From NCBI GenBank assembly GCA_964016885.1, contig OZ024741.1, positions 283,402,001 to 283,466,000 of the forward strand: a stretch of DNA of 64,000 nt. The letters are read 5' to 3'. The translations under genes were made by a program, and so were the position numbers. Source of the stretch: Eledone cirrhosa. Taxonomy: Eukaryota. This document shows positions 1 to 15,421 of this stretch, one piece after another. Below the pieces are notes generated by a model. That model did no database searches. It was given only the letters and a program-made list of their open reading frames with translations, and was not told where the DNA came from. How positions within the stretch are numbered: the first letter of the stretch is position 1; each line of letters opens with the position of its first letter.

Positions 1-64
1 CATATATACATATATATATACATATATATATATATATACATATATATATACATATATATACATA

Positions 65-110
<46 letters not shown>

Positions 111-219
111 TATATATATACATATATATATACACATATATATATATATATACATATATATATACACATATATATATACATATATATATATACATATATA
201 TATACACATATATATATAC

Positions 220-266
<47 letters not shown>

Positions 267-277
267 CATATATATAC

Positions 278-322
<45 letters not shown>

Positions 323-399
323 TATATACATATATATATACATATATATATACATATATATATATACACATATATATATATACACATATATATATATAC

Positions 400-452
<53 letters not shown>

Positions 453-495
453 CATATATATATATACATATATATATACATATACATATATATAC

Positions 496-526
<31 letters not shown>

Positions 527-805
527 CATATATAAATATATATATATACATATATAAATATATATATATACATATATACATATACATATTTAACATATAT
601 ACATATACACATATATATATACATATATATATATACATATATATATATATACATATACATATATACACATATACATATATATATATACATATACACATAT
701 ATATACATATATATACATATATACATATATATATACACATATATATACATATATACATATATATATACACATATATATATATACACATATATATATACAT
801 ATATA
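1..805. repeat. Interrupted (TA)n microsatellite, TACA-variant
   Basis: Alternating TA with frequent T>C interruptions on + strand; abuts the (CAT)n tail of an RTE. Confidence 0.95.
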
Positions 806-2894
806 CATCATCATCATCATCATCATCAACGTTTAACGTCCGTGTTCCACGCTTGCATGGGTTTGGACGGGGGTAGTCCCACTTGAGGCAAGAGTGATTT
901 TCTTGCTCGCATAGGACTGTCTGGCAGGTTTTCTACAGTTGGATGCCCTTCCTAACACCAACCACATTTACAGTGTGGGTCTGGGAGGTTTTTACCGTGT
1001 TGCCTACACGGCCACATTACAGCGTGGACTGTGTGTTTTTTGTCGTGACACCTACACGATCTCATTTGCTCCGGCCTGGATGGCGCGGCACCAACATAAC
1101 TTTACATAGAACGGGGCGGTGTGGATGGGGTGGGGGTGGTGGTGGTGGGACGGGGTGTATTTTGTTAGAGATGCCTACTGGCAAGACGGGTCCTCTCTAT
1201 TACTGAGTACCGCCAAAGGTCTCGGTCCAGTGACACTGCCTTGGTGAGGTGTAAGTGTGTGAGGTCGGTGTTTATCAGCTCGTCCCAGGTTTTTCTGGGT
1301 CTGCCTATTCCGTGGCTACCGTCTATCTTTATTGCCCTGCACTTTGTTATACAGCTATCATCCCCCATGCGCATCACGTGACCACACCAACGTTCCCTTC
1401 TCTCTAGTAAACAACATCTGATCCCTCTTATTTCTAATTTTTTCCTTAGTTCGTTTATGCTTTGTCGTTCACGTATATCACCATCACACATCCAGCGGAG
1501 CATGCAAGCTTCGTTCCTCTCTAGTCTGCGTATATCCTCTGCACACAATGCCCAGGTCCCACTGCCATGCAACATTGCTGTTCGTATGCAGGCATCGTAC
1601 AGCCTGCCTTTCATTTTTAGGGAGAACCCTTTAGCGGCTAATAGTGGTATAAGCTCTCTGAACCCTTTCCACCCAGCTCCGACTCTAGCTACTGCACCCT
1701 CAGAGCACCCTCCCCCACTGCCGATCCCGTCACCCAGATAACGGAAGCTGTCCACTATTTCTATAGAACCCTCTGCGCAGTTGAAAGAGCTAGTATTCTG
1801 TGGGCACTTGCTGCTACTTATATCCCCAGAACACCGGCCACATGTAAAATCTATGTTCTTAGTTAGCTTACCTGTGATCCCACTACATCTTTTATGCACC
1901 CAAACTTTGCATTTGGGACACAAAATGGAATTTCTACCTACGCCTTTCCTACACTCTGCGCATGGCCACTTCCCGGAGGGGACCGCCGCCTTATTTTCTT
2001 TCTTACAAACTAGAACTTTAGTCTTAGCTAGGTTAATTTTAAGGCCTTTTGATTCTAGGCCGTGCTTCCATGTTTGGAATTTCTTCTCTAGCTCGGCCAT
2101 TGATTCAGCTATGAGCGTTAGATCATCTGCGTATAGGAGTTCCCATGGGCAGCCGGTCTTGAACTCCACTGTTATAGCCTGGAGGGCAATAATAAATAGT
2201 AGGGGGCTAAGAACAGAGCCCTGATGAACACCAACTTTTACACTAAACTCTTCACTATATTCGTTGTTAATTCTAACCTTGCTAACTGTTTCTTTATACA
2301 TGGCTTGTATAGCTCTCACAGGCCATTCATCAACACCTAGTTTTCTAAGAGCCCACCAGATAATGGAACGGGGACTCTGTCGAAGGCCTTCTCCAAGTCG
2401 ACGAAAGCTAAGTATAGGGGTTTACTTTTAGCTAGGTACTTCTCCTGTAGTTGTCGTACAATGAAAAGAGCGTCTGTGGTACTTTTTCCTGACACAAACC
2501 CGAACTGCATTTCATCTAGATCAATTCGCTCTCTGATTAGTTGCGCTATAACTTTTTCCGTGACCTTCATGACCTGGTCGATTAATTTAATGCCTCTATA
2601 GTTACTCCTATCTAGGGCATCTCCTTTACCCTTATAACAGTTAACGATAATGCTGCTGCGCCAGTCCTTCGGAACAACCCCATTCTGTATGACTTGGTTG
2701 ACTATCCGGGTGACCATGGTGTGTCCCACCGTACCAGATGCCTTCAGCATCTCGGCAACTATTTCCGAAGGCCCAGCCGCCTTGCCTGTCTTCATATCCT
2801 TGATTGCCTTACTTATTATACTCGCCTCGACTGACACTGCTGGTCCCTCTATTGGGTCGATATGGGGGAGACTGTCTTTCTCCCATTTATTCTC
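806..2894 (-). mobile_element. RTE-clade LINE, family A copy 1, 5'-truncated and frameshifted
   Basis: ORFs 2337-2837 and 1165-2319 carry RT motifs ([29 protein letters not shown]) and the RTE C-terminus (GRPRKTW); 3' UTR and (GAT)n tail at 806-828. Confidence 0.95.
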
Positions 2895-3980
<1,086 letters not shown>

Positions 3981-5334
3981 AACTCCTATACGCAGACGAC
4001 CTGACACTCATAGCGGAATCAATGGCCGAGCTAGAGAAGAAATTCCAAACATGGAAGCACGGCCTAGAATCAAAAGGCCTTAAAATTAACCTGGCTAAGA
4101 CTAAAGTTCTAGTTTGTAGGAAAGAAAATAAGGCGGCGGTCCCTTCAGGGAAATGGTCGTGCTCGGTGTGTAGGAAAGGCGTAGGTAGAAACTCCATTTT
4201 ATGTCCTAAATGCAAAGTATGGGTGCATAAAAGATGTAGTGGGATCACAGGTAAGCTAACTAAGAACATAGATTTTACATGTGGCCGGTGCTCTGGTGCA
4301 ATAAGTAGCAGCAAGTGCCCACAAAATACTAGCTCTTTCAATTGCGCAGAGGGTTCTATAGAAATAGTGGACAGCTTCCGTTACCTGGGTGATAAAATCA
4401 GCAGTGGGGGAGGGTGCTCTGAAAGTACAGTAGCTAGAGTCAGAACTGGTTGGAAAAAGTTCAGAGAGCTTATACCACTATTAGCCGCTAAAGGGTTCTC
4501 TCTAAAAATGAAAGGCAGGTTGTACGATGCCTGCATACGAACAGCAATGTTGCATGGCAGTGAGACCTGGGCATTGTGTGCAGAGGATATACGCAGACTA
4601 GAGAGGAACGAAGCTTGCATGCTCCGCTGGATGTGTAACAGTAATATACGTGAACGGCAAAGCATAAACGAACTAAGGAATAAATTAGAAATAAGAGGGA
4701 TCAGATGTTGTTTACTTGAGAGAAGGCTACGTTGGTATGGACACGTGATGCGCATGAAAGTCGATAGCTGTATAACAAAGTGCAGGGCAATAAAGATAGA
4801 CGGTAGCCACGGAATAGGCAGACCTAGAAAAACCTGGGACGAGCTGATAAATTCCGACCTCACACGCTTACACCTCTCCAAGACAATGTCACTGGACCGA
4901 GACCTTTGGCGGTACTCAGTAACAGAGAAGACCCGCCTTACCTAAATACATAGTAAAACCTACTACAACCAGTAGGCATCTCTAACAAAATACCCCCCCC
5001 CCCGTCCCACCACCCCCACCCCATCCACGCCACCCCGTTCTATGTAAAGTTGTGTTGGTGCCACACCTTCCAGGCCGAAACAAATGAGATCGTGTAGGTG
5101 TCACGACAAAAAAACACACAGTCCACGCTGTAATGTGGCCGTGTAGGCAACACGGTCAAAACCTCCCAGACCCACACTGTAAATGTGGTTGGTGTTAGGA
5201 AGGGCATCCAACTGTAGAAAACCTGCCAGACAGTCCTATGCGAGCAAGAAAATCACTCTTGCCTCAAGTGGGACTACCCCCGTCCAAACCCATGCAAGCG
5301 TGGAACACGGACGTTAAACGTTGATGATGATGAT

Positions 5335-5336
<2 letters not shown>
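3981..5336 (+). mobile_element. RTE LINE family A copy 2, 5'-truncated at the YADD motif
   Basis: Begins at LLYADDLTL; ORF 4022-4945; 3' UTR and (GAT)n tail; inverted relative to copies 1 and 3. Confidence 0.95.
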
Positions 5337-5368
<32 letters not shown>

Positions 5369-5526
5369 AATATATATATAAATATATATATATATATAAA
5401 TATATATGTATATATAAATATATATGTATATATAAATATATATGTATATATAAATATATATATAAATATATATATATATATAAATATATATGTATATATA
5501 AATATATATGTATATATAAATATATA

Positions 5527-8500
5527 TCATCATCATCATCATCATCAGGTTTAGCGTCCGTGTTCCACGCTTGCATGGGTTTGGACGGGGGTTTTCCCAC
5601 TTGAGGCAAGAGTGGTTGTCTTGCTCGCATAGGACTGTCTGGCGGGTTTTCTACAGTTGGATGCCCTTCCTAACACCAACCACATTTACAGTGTGGGGCT
5701 GGGAGGTTTTTACCGTGTTGCCTACACGGCCACATTACAGCGTGGACTGTCTGGCGGGTTTTCTACAGCTGGATGCCCTTCCTAACACCAACCACATTTA
5801 CAGTGTGGGGCTGGGAGGTTTTTACCGTGTTGCCTACACGGCCACATTTACAGCGTGGACTGTGTGTTTTTTGTCGTGACACCTACACGATCTCATTTGT
5901 TTCGGCCTGGATGTTGTGGGACCAACATAACTTTACATTGAAAGGGGCGGTGTGGGTGGGGTGGAGGGTGGTGGGACGGGGGTGTGTTTTGATAGAGATG
6001 CCTACTGACTGTAGTAGGTTTTTACTTTGTATTTAGGTAAGGCGGGTCTTCTCTATTACTGAGTACCGCCAAAGGTCTCGGTCCAGTGACATTGTCTTGG
6101 AGAGGTGTAAGCGTGTGAGGTCGGAATTTATCAGCTCGTCCCATGTTTTTCTGGGTCTGCCTACTCCGTGGCTACCGTCTATCTTTATTGCCCTGCACTT
6201 TGTTATACAGCTGTCGTCTTTCATGCGCATCACGTGACCGTACCAACGTAGCCTTCTCTCGAGTAAACAACATGATCCCTCTTATTTCTAATTTTTTCCT
6301 TAGTTCGTTTATGCTTTGCCGTTCACGTATATTACTATTGCACATCCAGCGGAGCATGCAAGCTTCGTTCCTCTCTAGTCTGCGTATATCCTCTGCACAC
6401 AATGCCCAGGTCTCACTGCCATGCAGCATTGCTGTTCGTATGCAGGCATCGTATAACCTGCCTTTCATTTTTAGGGAGAACCCTCTAGCGGCTAATAGTG
6501 GTATAAGCTCTCTGAACTTTTTCCATCCAGTTCTGACTCTAGCTACTGTACTTTCAGAGCACCCTCCCCCACTGCTGATTTTGTCACCCAGATAACGGAA
6601 GCTGTCCACTATTTCTATAGAACCCTCTGCGCAGTTGAAGGAGCTAGTATTTTGTGGGCACTTGCTGCTACTTATTGCACCAGAGCACCGGCCACATGTA
6701 AAATCTATGTTCTTAGTTAGCTTACCTGTGATCCCACTACATCTTTTATGCACCCATACTTTGCATTTGGGACATAAAATGGAGTTTCTACCTACGCCTT
6801 TCCTACACACTGAGCATGGGCATTTCCCCGATGGGACCGCCACCTTATTTTCTTTCCTACAAACTAGAACTTTAGTCTTAGCCAGGTTAATTTTAAGGCC
6901 TTTTGATTCTAGGCCGTGCTTCCACGTTTGGAATTTCTTCTCTAGTTCGGTCATTGATTCAGCTATGAGCGTTAGATCATCTGCGTATAGGAGTTCCCAT
7001 GGGCAGCCGGTCTTGAACTCCTCTGTTATAGCCTGAAGGGCAATAATAAATAGTAGGGGGCTAAGAACAGAGCCCTGATGGACACCAACTTTTACGCTAA
7101 ACTCTTCACTATATTCGTTGTTAATTCTAACCTTACTGACTGTTTCTTTATACATGGCTTGTATAGCTCTCACAAGCCATTCGTCAACACCTAGTTTTCT
7201 AAGAGACCACCAGATAATGGAACGGGGGACTCTGTCGAAGGCTTTCTCCAAGTCGACGAAAGCTAAGTATAGGGGTTTACTTTTAGCTAGGTACTTCTCC
7301 TGTAGTTGTCGTACAATGAAAAGAGCGTCTGTGGTACTTTTGCCTGACACAAACCCGAACTGCATTTCATCTAGATCAATTCTCTCTCTGATTAGTTGCG
7401 CTATTACTTTTTCCGTGACCTTCATGACCTGGTCGATTAATTTAATGCCTCTATAGTTACTCCTATCTAGGGCATCTCCTTTTCCCTTATAGCAGTTAAC
7501 GATGATGCTGCTACGCCATTCCTTCGGAACAACCCCATTCTGTACGACTTGGTTAACTATCCGGGTGACCATGGTGTGTCCCACCGAACCAGATGCCTTC
7601 AGCATCTCAGCAACTATTTCCGAAGGCCCAGCCGCCTTACCCGTCTTCATATCTTTGATTGCCTTACTTATTATACTACCTTCAACTAACACTGCTGGTC
7701 CCTCTATTGGATCGATCTGGGGGAGACTGTCTTTCTCCCATTTGTTCTCCTCATTTAGAAGCCTTTCGTAGTGACACTTCCAAGCTACCTTCTTATCAGC
7801 GTCGGTGATGGCAAGTATGCCATCATCGTTAAGTACACACTTCTCCCCGACAATATCACGGTTTTCCTTGACACATTGCCTGGCAATCCTGAACACCTCA
7901 CGTTTTTGGTCCTCACGTTGTAGAACATGCTTGAACTTTCTTTCCTCTGCTTCCCTTCTTGCGAAGTACACTTGTCTCCTAGCTTCCCTCCTGGCCACTT
8001 GATAGTCTTCTCTACTTCCCCCATCCCGCCATACTTTCCAAGCCTGCTTTTTGGCCTTAATTGACTCCTCCACCTTACTGTTCCACCACCATGTTACTCT
8101 CCTCCTACCTACAGGCCTGCTCCAGCCACAGACTTCGTCTGCCGCCGTCAGCAGGTTTGCTCTCAGGAATTCCCACTGTTCCTCTATATTATACGACTCT
8201 AATTGCTCTTCCTTACTGTCGAAAGCGTCAAGTAATATGCTTTGGAATTTATTTCTGGGTATGGGGTCCTTTAGCTTCCATATTTTTCTCCTGAGGATAG
8301 TCCTCTTCCGCTGTCTAGTACGTCTCGTCCTGACTATGAGGTCGCTAATTATCAGTCTATGTTGGGAGGTCAATTCTTCATGGGGGTGGGATTTAGTGTT
8401 AACAACAGACACTCTGTCACGTCTTCTGGTAAGGATATAATCTACCTGGCTTGTGTGTTCCCCCGATCTATAGGTGATCAAGTGATTGTCTCGTTTTTTG

Positions 8501-9069
8501 AAGTTAGTGTTACAGATAGTTAAGTTATTTGCGTCGCAGAATTCCAGGATTCTGGAGCCTTCCTCATTTCTAGTACCGAACCCATAGCCTCCATGGATTC
8601 CGTCATAGCCGTCACAATGTTGTCCAACGTGACCATTTAGGTCGCCTGCAATAACTATATAGTCACTGTCGGTTATTTGGGAGGTAGCGAGCATCAGTGT
8701 CTCGTAGAATTTGTCTTTTATAGCGCGGGGCAGTCCGGATTGGGGTGCGTACGCAGATATTACTGTCACCGTAGTTTTATTGAGGACAAGTCTTATTTTA
8801 ATTATTCTGTCGTTCCCTCTATTTACGTCTATTATCTTATCTGCCCACTTTTCTGCTACCATGATTCCTACCCCACCCAACCCATTGTCATTTCCCACCC
8901 AGAAAAGCTTATAGCATCGTTCTTTACCCTCGATGAATCTAGCCGACCCTCCCCTCCACCTGGTCTCTTGAATACAACAAACATCGACCTCCTTACGTTC
9001 AAGCATTTCTACAACCTCGTTAGAGCGACCCTTTAAGGTACCTACATTCATGGTACCAACTCTGAAGTT
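5527..9069 (-). mobile_element. RTE LINE family A copy 3, near full-length ORF
   Basis: (CAT)n at 5527-5546 on +, 3' UTR, and 959-aa ORF; 5' end abuts (TA)n. Confidence 0.97.
6033..9051 (-). pseudogene. RTE polyprotein: APE endonuclease + RT with PHD-like insert; 2-nt deletion near 6272 frameshifts the C-terminus
   Basis: APE motifs NVGTL, CCIQETRW, AYAPQ, GDLNGH, QVDYIL, SQHR; RT YADD; caacatgatccc here versus caacatctgatccc in sister copies; C-terminus continues in ORF 6033-6233. Confidence 0.93.
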
Positions 9070-9087
9070 TTATATATATATATAAAT

Positions 9088-9136
<49 letters not shown>

Positions 9137-9141
9137 AATAT

Positions 9142-9172
<31 letters not shown>

Positions 9173-9173
9173 A

Positions 9174-9229
<56 letters not shown>

Positions 9230-9239
9230 ATATATATTT

Positions 9240-9383
<144 letters not shown>

Positions 9384-9392
9384 TATTTATAT

Positions 9393-9441
<49 letters not shown>

Positions 9442-9442
9442 A

Positions 9443-9575
<133 letters not shown>

Positions 9576-9576
9576 A

Positions 9577-9611
<35 letters not shown>

Positions 9612-9612
9612 A

Positions 9613-9647
<35 letters not shown>

Positions 9648-9648
9648 A

Positions 9649-9725
<77 letters not shown>

Positions 9726-9774
9726 TATATATAAATATATATATATAAATATATATATAAATATATATATATAA

Positions 9775-9807
<33 letters not shown>

Positions 9808-9829
9808 AATAAATATATATATATAAATA

Positions 9830-10284
9830 CATGGAAAGTTATATTTAAATTGTTGGGTTAACAACGAGTAAATATTTATAACTGATATAAAAGCACTCAA
9901 CAAGTATTTGGAGTATATTTATGATATTAAATAAAAGGAAACTATATTTATAAAACCATATTTATTTCGTTATATATATTTCAGGGATATCATATTAACA
10001 ATATGTTATGCCTTCCTCAGACAAAATACAATATAAACAGTCTTATAAATAAATAGATACGACATACCTTTCAATCACCTTGCATTTGGGAGGTTGATTT
10101 GGCAGATCAACCTCCCAAATGCAAGGTGATTGAAAGGTATGTCGTATCTATTTATTTATAAGACTTTTTATATTGTATTTTGTCTGAGGAAGGCATAACA
10201 TATTGTTAATATGATATCCCTGAAATATATATAACGAAATAAATATGGTTTTATAAATAAAGTTTCCATTTATTTAATATCATA
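9830..10284. mobile_element. Penelope-derived fold-back mini-element (inverted pLTR pair plus tail)
   Basis: Near-perfect palindrome 9920-10284 centred about 10101, unpaired tail 9830-9919, hammerhead in each arm, TA flanks. Confidence 0.75.
10177..10240 (+). ncRNA. Type I minimal hammerhead ribozyme (mirror copy 9964-10027 on -)
   Basis: ATTTTGT-CTGAGGA-AGG..CATATT/AATATG..CCT-GAAA-TATATA-TA-ACGAAAT; stems I and II pair, stem III is palindromic. Confidence 0.8.
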
Positions 10285-10295
10285 TATATAAATAA

Positions 10296-10382
<87 letters not shown>

Positions 10383-10429
10383 AATATATATATATAAATA
10401 TATATATATAAATATATATATATATAAAT

Positions 10430-10498
<69 letters not shown>

Positions 10499-10500
10499 AA

Positions 10501-10730
<230 letters not shown>

Positions 10731-10748
10731 AATATATATATAAATATA

Positions 10749-10820
<72 letters not shown>

Positions 10821-10913
10821 AATATAAATATATATATAAATATATATATATAAATATAAATATATAAATATATATATATAAATATAAATATATAAATATA
10901 TATATATATATAT

Positions 10914-11385
<472 letters not shown>

Positions 11386-11396
11386 AATATATAAAT

Positions 11397-11485
<89 letters not shown>

Positions 11486-11508
11486 AATATACATATATAT
11501 ATAAATAT

Positions 11509-11539
<31 letters not shown>

Positions 11540-11653
11540 AATATACATATATATATAAATATATATATATATATAAATAAATATATATATATAAATATAC
11601 ATATATATATAAATATACATATATATATTTAAATATATAAATATATATAAATA

Positions 11654-14600
11654 CCTGCCTAACTAACTCTCTCCTCCTCTGGCGCATCCCAACACACCCT
11701 GCCATTACCCCACCACCACTGTTCTTCTAGCCCTCAATTTTCCCACCGTTATGGATGGATGAGCTGAGAATACATTTGAGCAACTCTGAATCAATAGATG
11801 AAATATGAATCTGCGAGCTACCAAGCACCCACGTGAAGCGCCAACCCAGAGACCCTCCCCTACGAGTGTCGACAAATGCCCAAAACTCCGAGTTGGTACC
11901 ATCAATGTAGGCTCAATGAAAGGAAGAGCAGGAGAAATCATAGAAATGCTAGAGCGAAAGGAAGTTGATGTATGCTGTGTGCAAGAGACTAGATGGAGAG
12001 AAGGGTCTGCTAGAGTCCTTGTAGGAAAAAGCCAGTGCTACAAATTTTTCTGGGTGGGAAATGACGATGGGATGGGTGGTGTAGGTATACTACTAGCTGA
12101 CAAGTGGGTAGATAAAGTAATCTCAGTGTACAGGGTAAATGCAAGAATCATTAAACTCAGACTAGTCCTGAATAAGACAATTACCACAGTAATATATGCT
12201 TACGCACCCCAATCGGGGCTGCCAGACGAACTTAAGGATAGGTTTTACGAGTCCCTAATACACACTACTGCTCTAACAGACGACAAGGACTTCCTAATCA
12301 TTGCAGGAGATTTTAACGGACACGTAGGTAAACACTGCGACGGCTTCAATAGAGTACATGGAGGCCATGGCGTTGGCACAAGGAATGAGGAAGGATTCAG
12401 ACTTCTAGAATTCTGCGACGCCAATGACATGTCGATATGTAACACAAACTTTAAAAAACCGACAACCACCTGATCACCTATAGATCAGGGGAGCACTCTA
12501 GTCAGTTAGATTTTATCCTCATCAGAGGACGTGACAGATGGACGGTCGTAAACACAAAAGCCTTCCCTAGTGAGGAATGTACATCCAACATAGCTTAGTT
12601 GTCAGCGACCTCACGGTCAGAACTAGACGAGCCCTGAAACAGAGGCCAACCTGGAGAAGAAAGATCTGGAAGCTGAAAGTCCCCTCAACCAGTAACAGAT
12701 TTAAAGATATTTTACTCAACGCCTACGACAGTAAAGAAGAACAGATAGAGACATTTAACGTAGAAGAGAACTGGGAGTTCCTAAAAAATAACTTACTAGA
12801 GGCGACGGATGAGGTTTGTGGCTGGAGTAAGACCTCAAGCAGGAGGAGAGTGACTTGGTGGTGGAACAATAAGGTAGATGAAGCAGTCAAGGCCAAGAGA
12901 CAGGCATGGAAAGAATGGAAGAACGGGGGAGCAGGGTACATTACATAGAGACCAAGAGGGAAGCTAGGCGACAAGTATACTTAGCTAGGAGGGAAGCAGA
13001 GGATAGAAAATTCAAGCATGTTTTACAACGTGAGGACCAGAAACAGGAGGTATTCAAGATTGCGAGGCAGTGTGTCAGAGATAGTTGTGATGTCATTGGA
13101 GAGAAGTGTATCCGGAATGATAAAGGTGAGCTTGCCCTCACAAGTGCTGAGAAGAAAGATGCATGGAAGAGTCATTATGATAGATTACTAAATGAGGAGA
13201 ATGCATGGGAAGAAGAGACCCTACCCCAGGTAGACCCTATAGAGGACCAGCAGTACAAGTCAGCGGCAGCGTAGTAAGTAAGGCAATCAGAGATATGAAG
13301 ATGGGGAAGGCAACCGGTCCCATCGGGTATAGCTGCCGAGATGCTGAAGGCATCTGGGTCTGTAGGTCACACTATAACCACACGTATTGTTAACCAGGTA
13401 ATACTAGAAGGGGCCATACCAAAAGATTGGTGCAGTAGCATCATTGTCAACTGCTACAAAGGTAAAGGCGATGCACTAGATAGAGGAAACTATAGAGGTA
13501 TAAAGTTGATGGACCAGGTCATGAAAGTAACAGAAAGAGTTATAGAACAGCTGATTAGGGACCGGGTGAATATAGACGAGATGCAATTTGGGTTTGTACC
13601 AGGGAGAGGCACCACTGATGCCCTCTTCCTTGTGAGGCAATTACAGGAAAAGTACCTAGCTAAAAGTAAGCCACTCTACTTGGCATTTGTCGACCTTGAG
13701 AAAGCCTTTGACAGAGTTCCACGTGCAGTAATCTGGTGGGCTCTTAGAAAACTAGGAGTAGATGAATGGCTTGTGAAAGCGGTACAAGCCATGTATAGGG
13801 GAGCAGTCAGCAAAGTTAGGATTAGCAATGAGTATAGCGAGGAATTTAGCGTACAGGTTGGGGTCCACCAAGGCTCTGTTCTTAGCACTCTCCTGTTCAT
13901 CATAGTCCTGCAGGCAATAACGGAGGAGTTTAAGACCGGATGCCCATGGGAACTCCTGTATGCTGATGACCTCGCACCCATAGCTGAATCTATGGTAGAA
14001 CTAGAGAATAAATTCCAAACCTGGAAGCAGGGACTAGAGAGAAAGGGCCTCAAAGTCAACATGACAAAGACTAAGGTCCTTGTAAGTAGACGAGAAAACA
14101 GAACCCAGATCCCCTCAGGGAAATGGCCTTGCTCAGTATGTAGGAAAGGTGTAGGTAGGAACTCCATTCTCTGCCCCAAATGCAAACAATGGGTACACAA
14201 GAGATATAGCGGGATCTCAGGAAGCTTAATTAAGAATGTAGGATTCACATGCAGCAGCTGTGCTGAAACAGCAAGCAAACAGCCACAGGAAACAAGTACC
14301 ACCAATCTCTGGGAGGGCCCTGTAGAAACAGTAGACAGCTTCTGCTACCTAGGTGACCGAATTAGCAACGGAGGTGGGTGCTCAGAAAGTACAATAACTA
14401 GGGTAAGAACAGGATGGAAGAAGTTTAGGGAACTACTACCACTGCTAGCTGCAAAAGGCTTCTCCCTCAGAATGAAAGGCAGACTGTATGATGCGTGTAT
14501 CCGAACAGCGATGTTGCATGGTAGTGAGACCTGGGCGCTGATGGTGGAAGACTTACGTAGATTAGAGAGAAACGAAGCCTGCATGCTCCGATGGATGTGT

Positions 14601-15204
14601 AACAGTAATATACGTGAACAACAAAGCATAAAGGAATTGAGAGAGAGACTGAGCATAAGAGGAATCAAATGCTGCGTGCAGGAGAGGCGGTTACGCTGGT
14701 ATGGACATGTGATGCGTATGAAGGATGACAGCTGCATAAAAAGGTGCAGAGCACTAGAAGTTGATGGAAACCGCGGAGTGGGGAGACCAAGATGACTTGG
14801 GATGAGGTGATAAAAGCCGACCTTACCCAACTACACCTCTCAAAGACAATGACACACGACCGTGACTTCTGGCGTCACGCAGTAATACAGGGTACCCAAC
14901 CTCCCATGGGTACATGCCGAAGCATATAAACAATATGCCCCCACTCCCCCCCACCGCAAGGTGGTCGTGGAGGTGCCACGGCAAAAAAGCACCCAGCCCA
15001 CACTGTAAAGTGGACGTGTAGGCGCCACGAAAAAGCACCCAGCACTCACTGTAAATGAGGTTGGTGTTAGGAAGGGCATTCAGCTGTAGAAATCAAGCCA
15101 GATCAGTTCCTGTATGAGCAAGGCATGGTCAGCCGACCAGACACTGCCCACAACAGGACAACCCGTCTAACCCATGCTAGCGTAGAAGAACGGACGTAAA
15201 ACGG

Positions 15205-15234
<30 letters not shown>
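11654..15234 (+). mobile_element. RTE LINE family B, near full length with several frameshifts
   Basis: ORFs 11805-12473 (APE), 12577-13393, 13341-14795 (RT, YADD, PHD-like insert); distinct 3' UTR; (GAT)n tail 15206-15234. Confidence 0.95.
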
Positions 15235-15266
<32 letters not shown>

Positions 15267-15327
15267 AATATATATATATAAATATATAAATATATATATA
15301 TATATATAAATATATAAATATATATAA

Positions 15328-15358
<31 letters not shown>

Positions 15359-15421
15359 AATATTTCGTTTCTGAATTTGTTTAGCAAGATTCTTTATCTG
15401 AAATCGTGTGTTGAAACCGAT

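Noticed and set aside
1457-2224. Antisense ORFs recurring in every RTE copy (e.g. MKELVFCGH..)
   Set aside because: Shadow frames of the RT ORF; they recur only because the copies are similar
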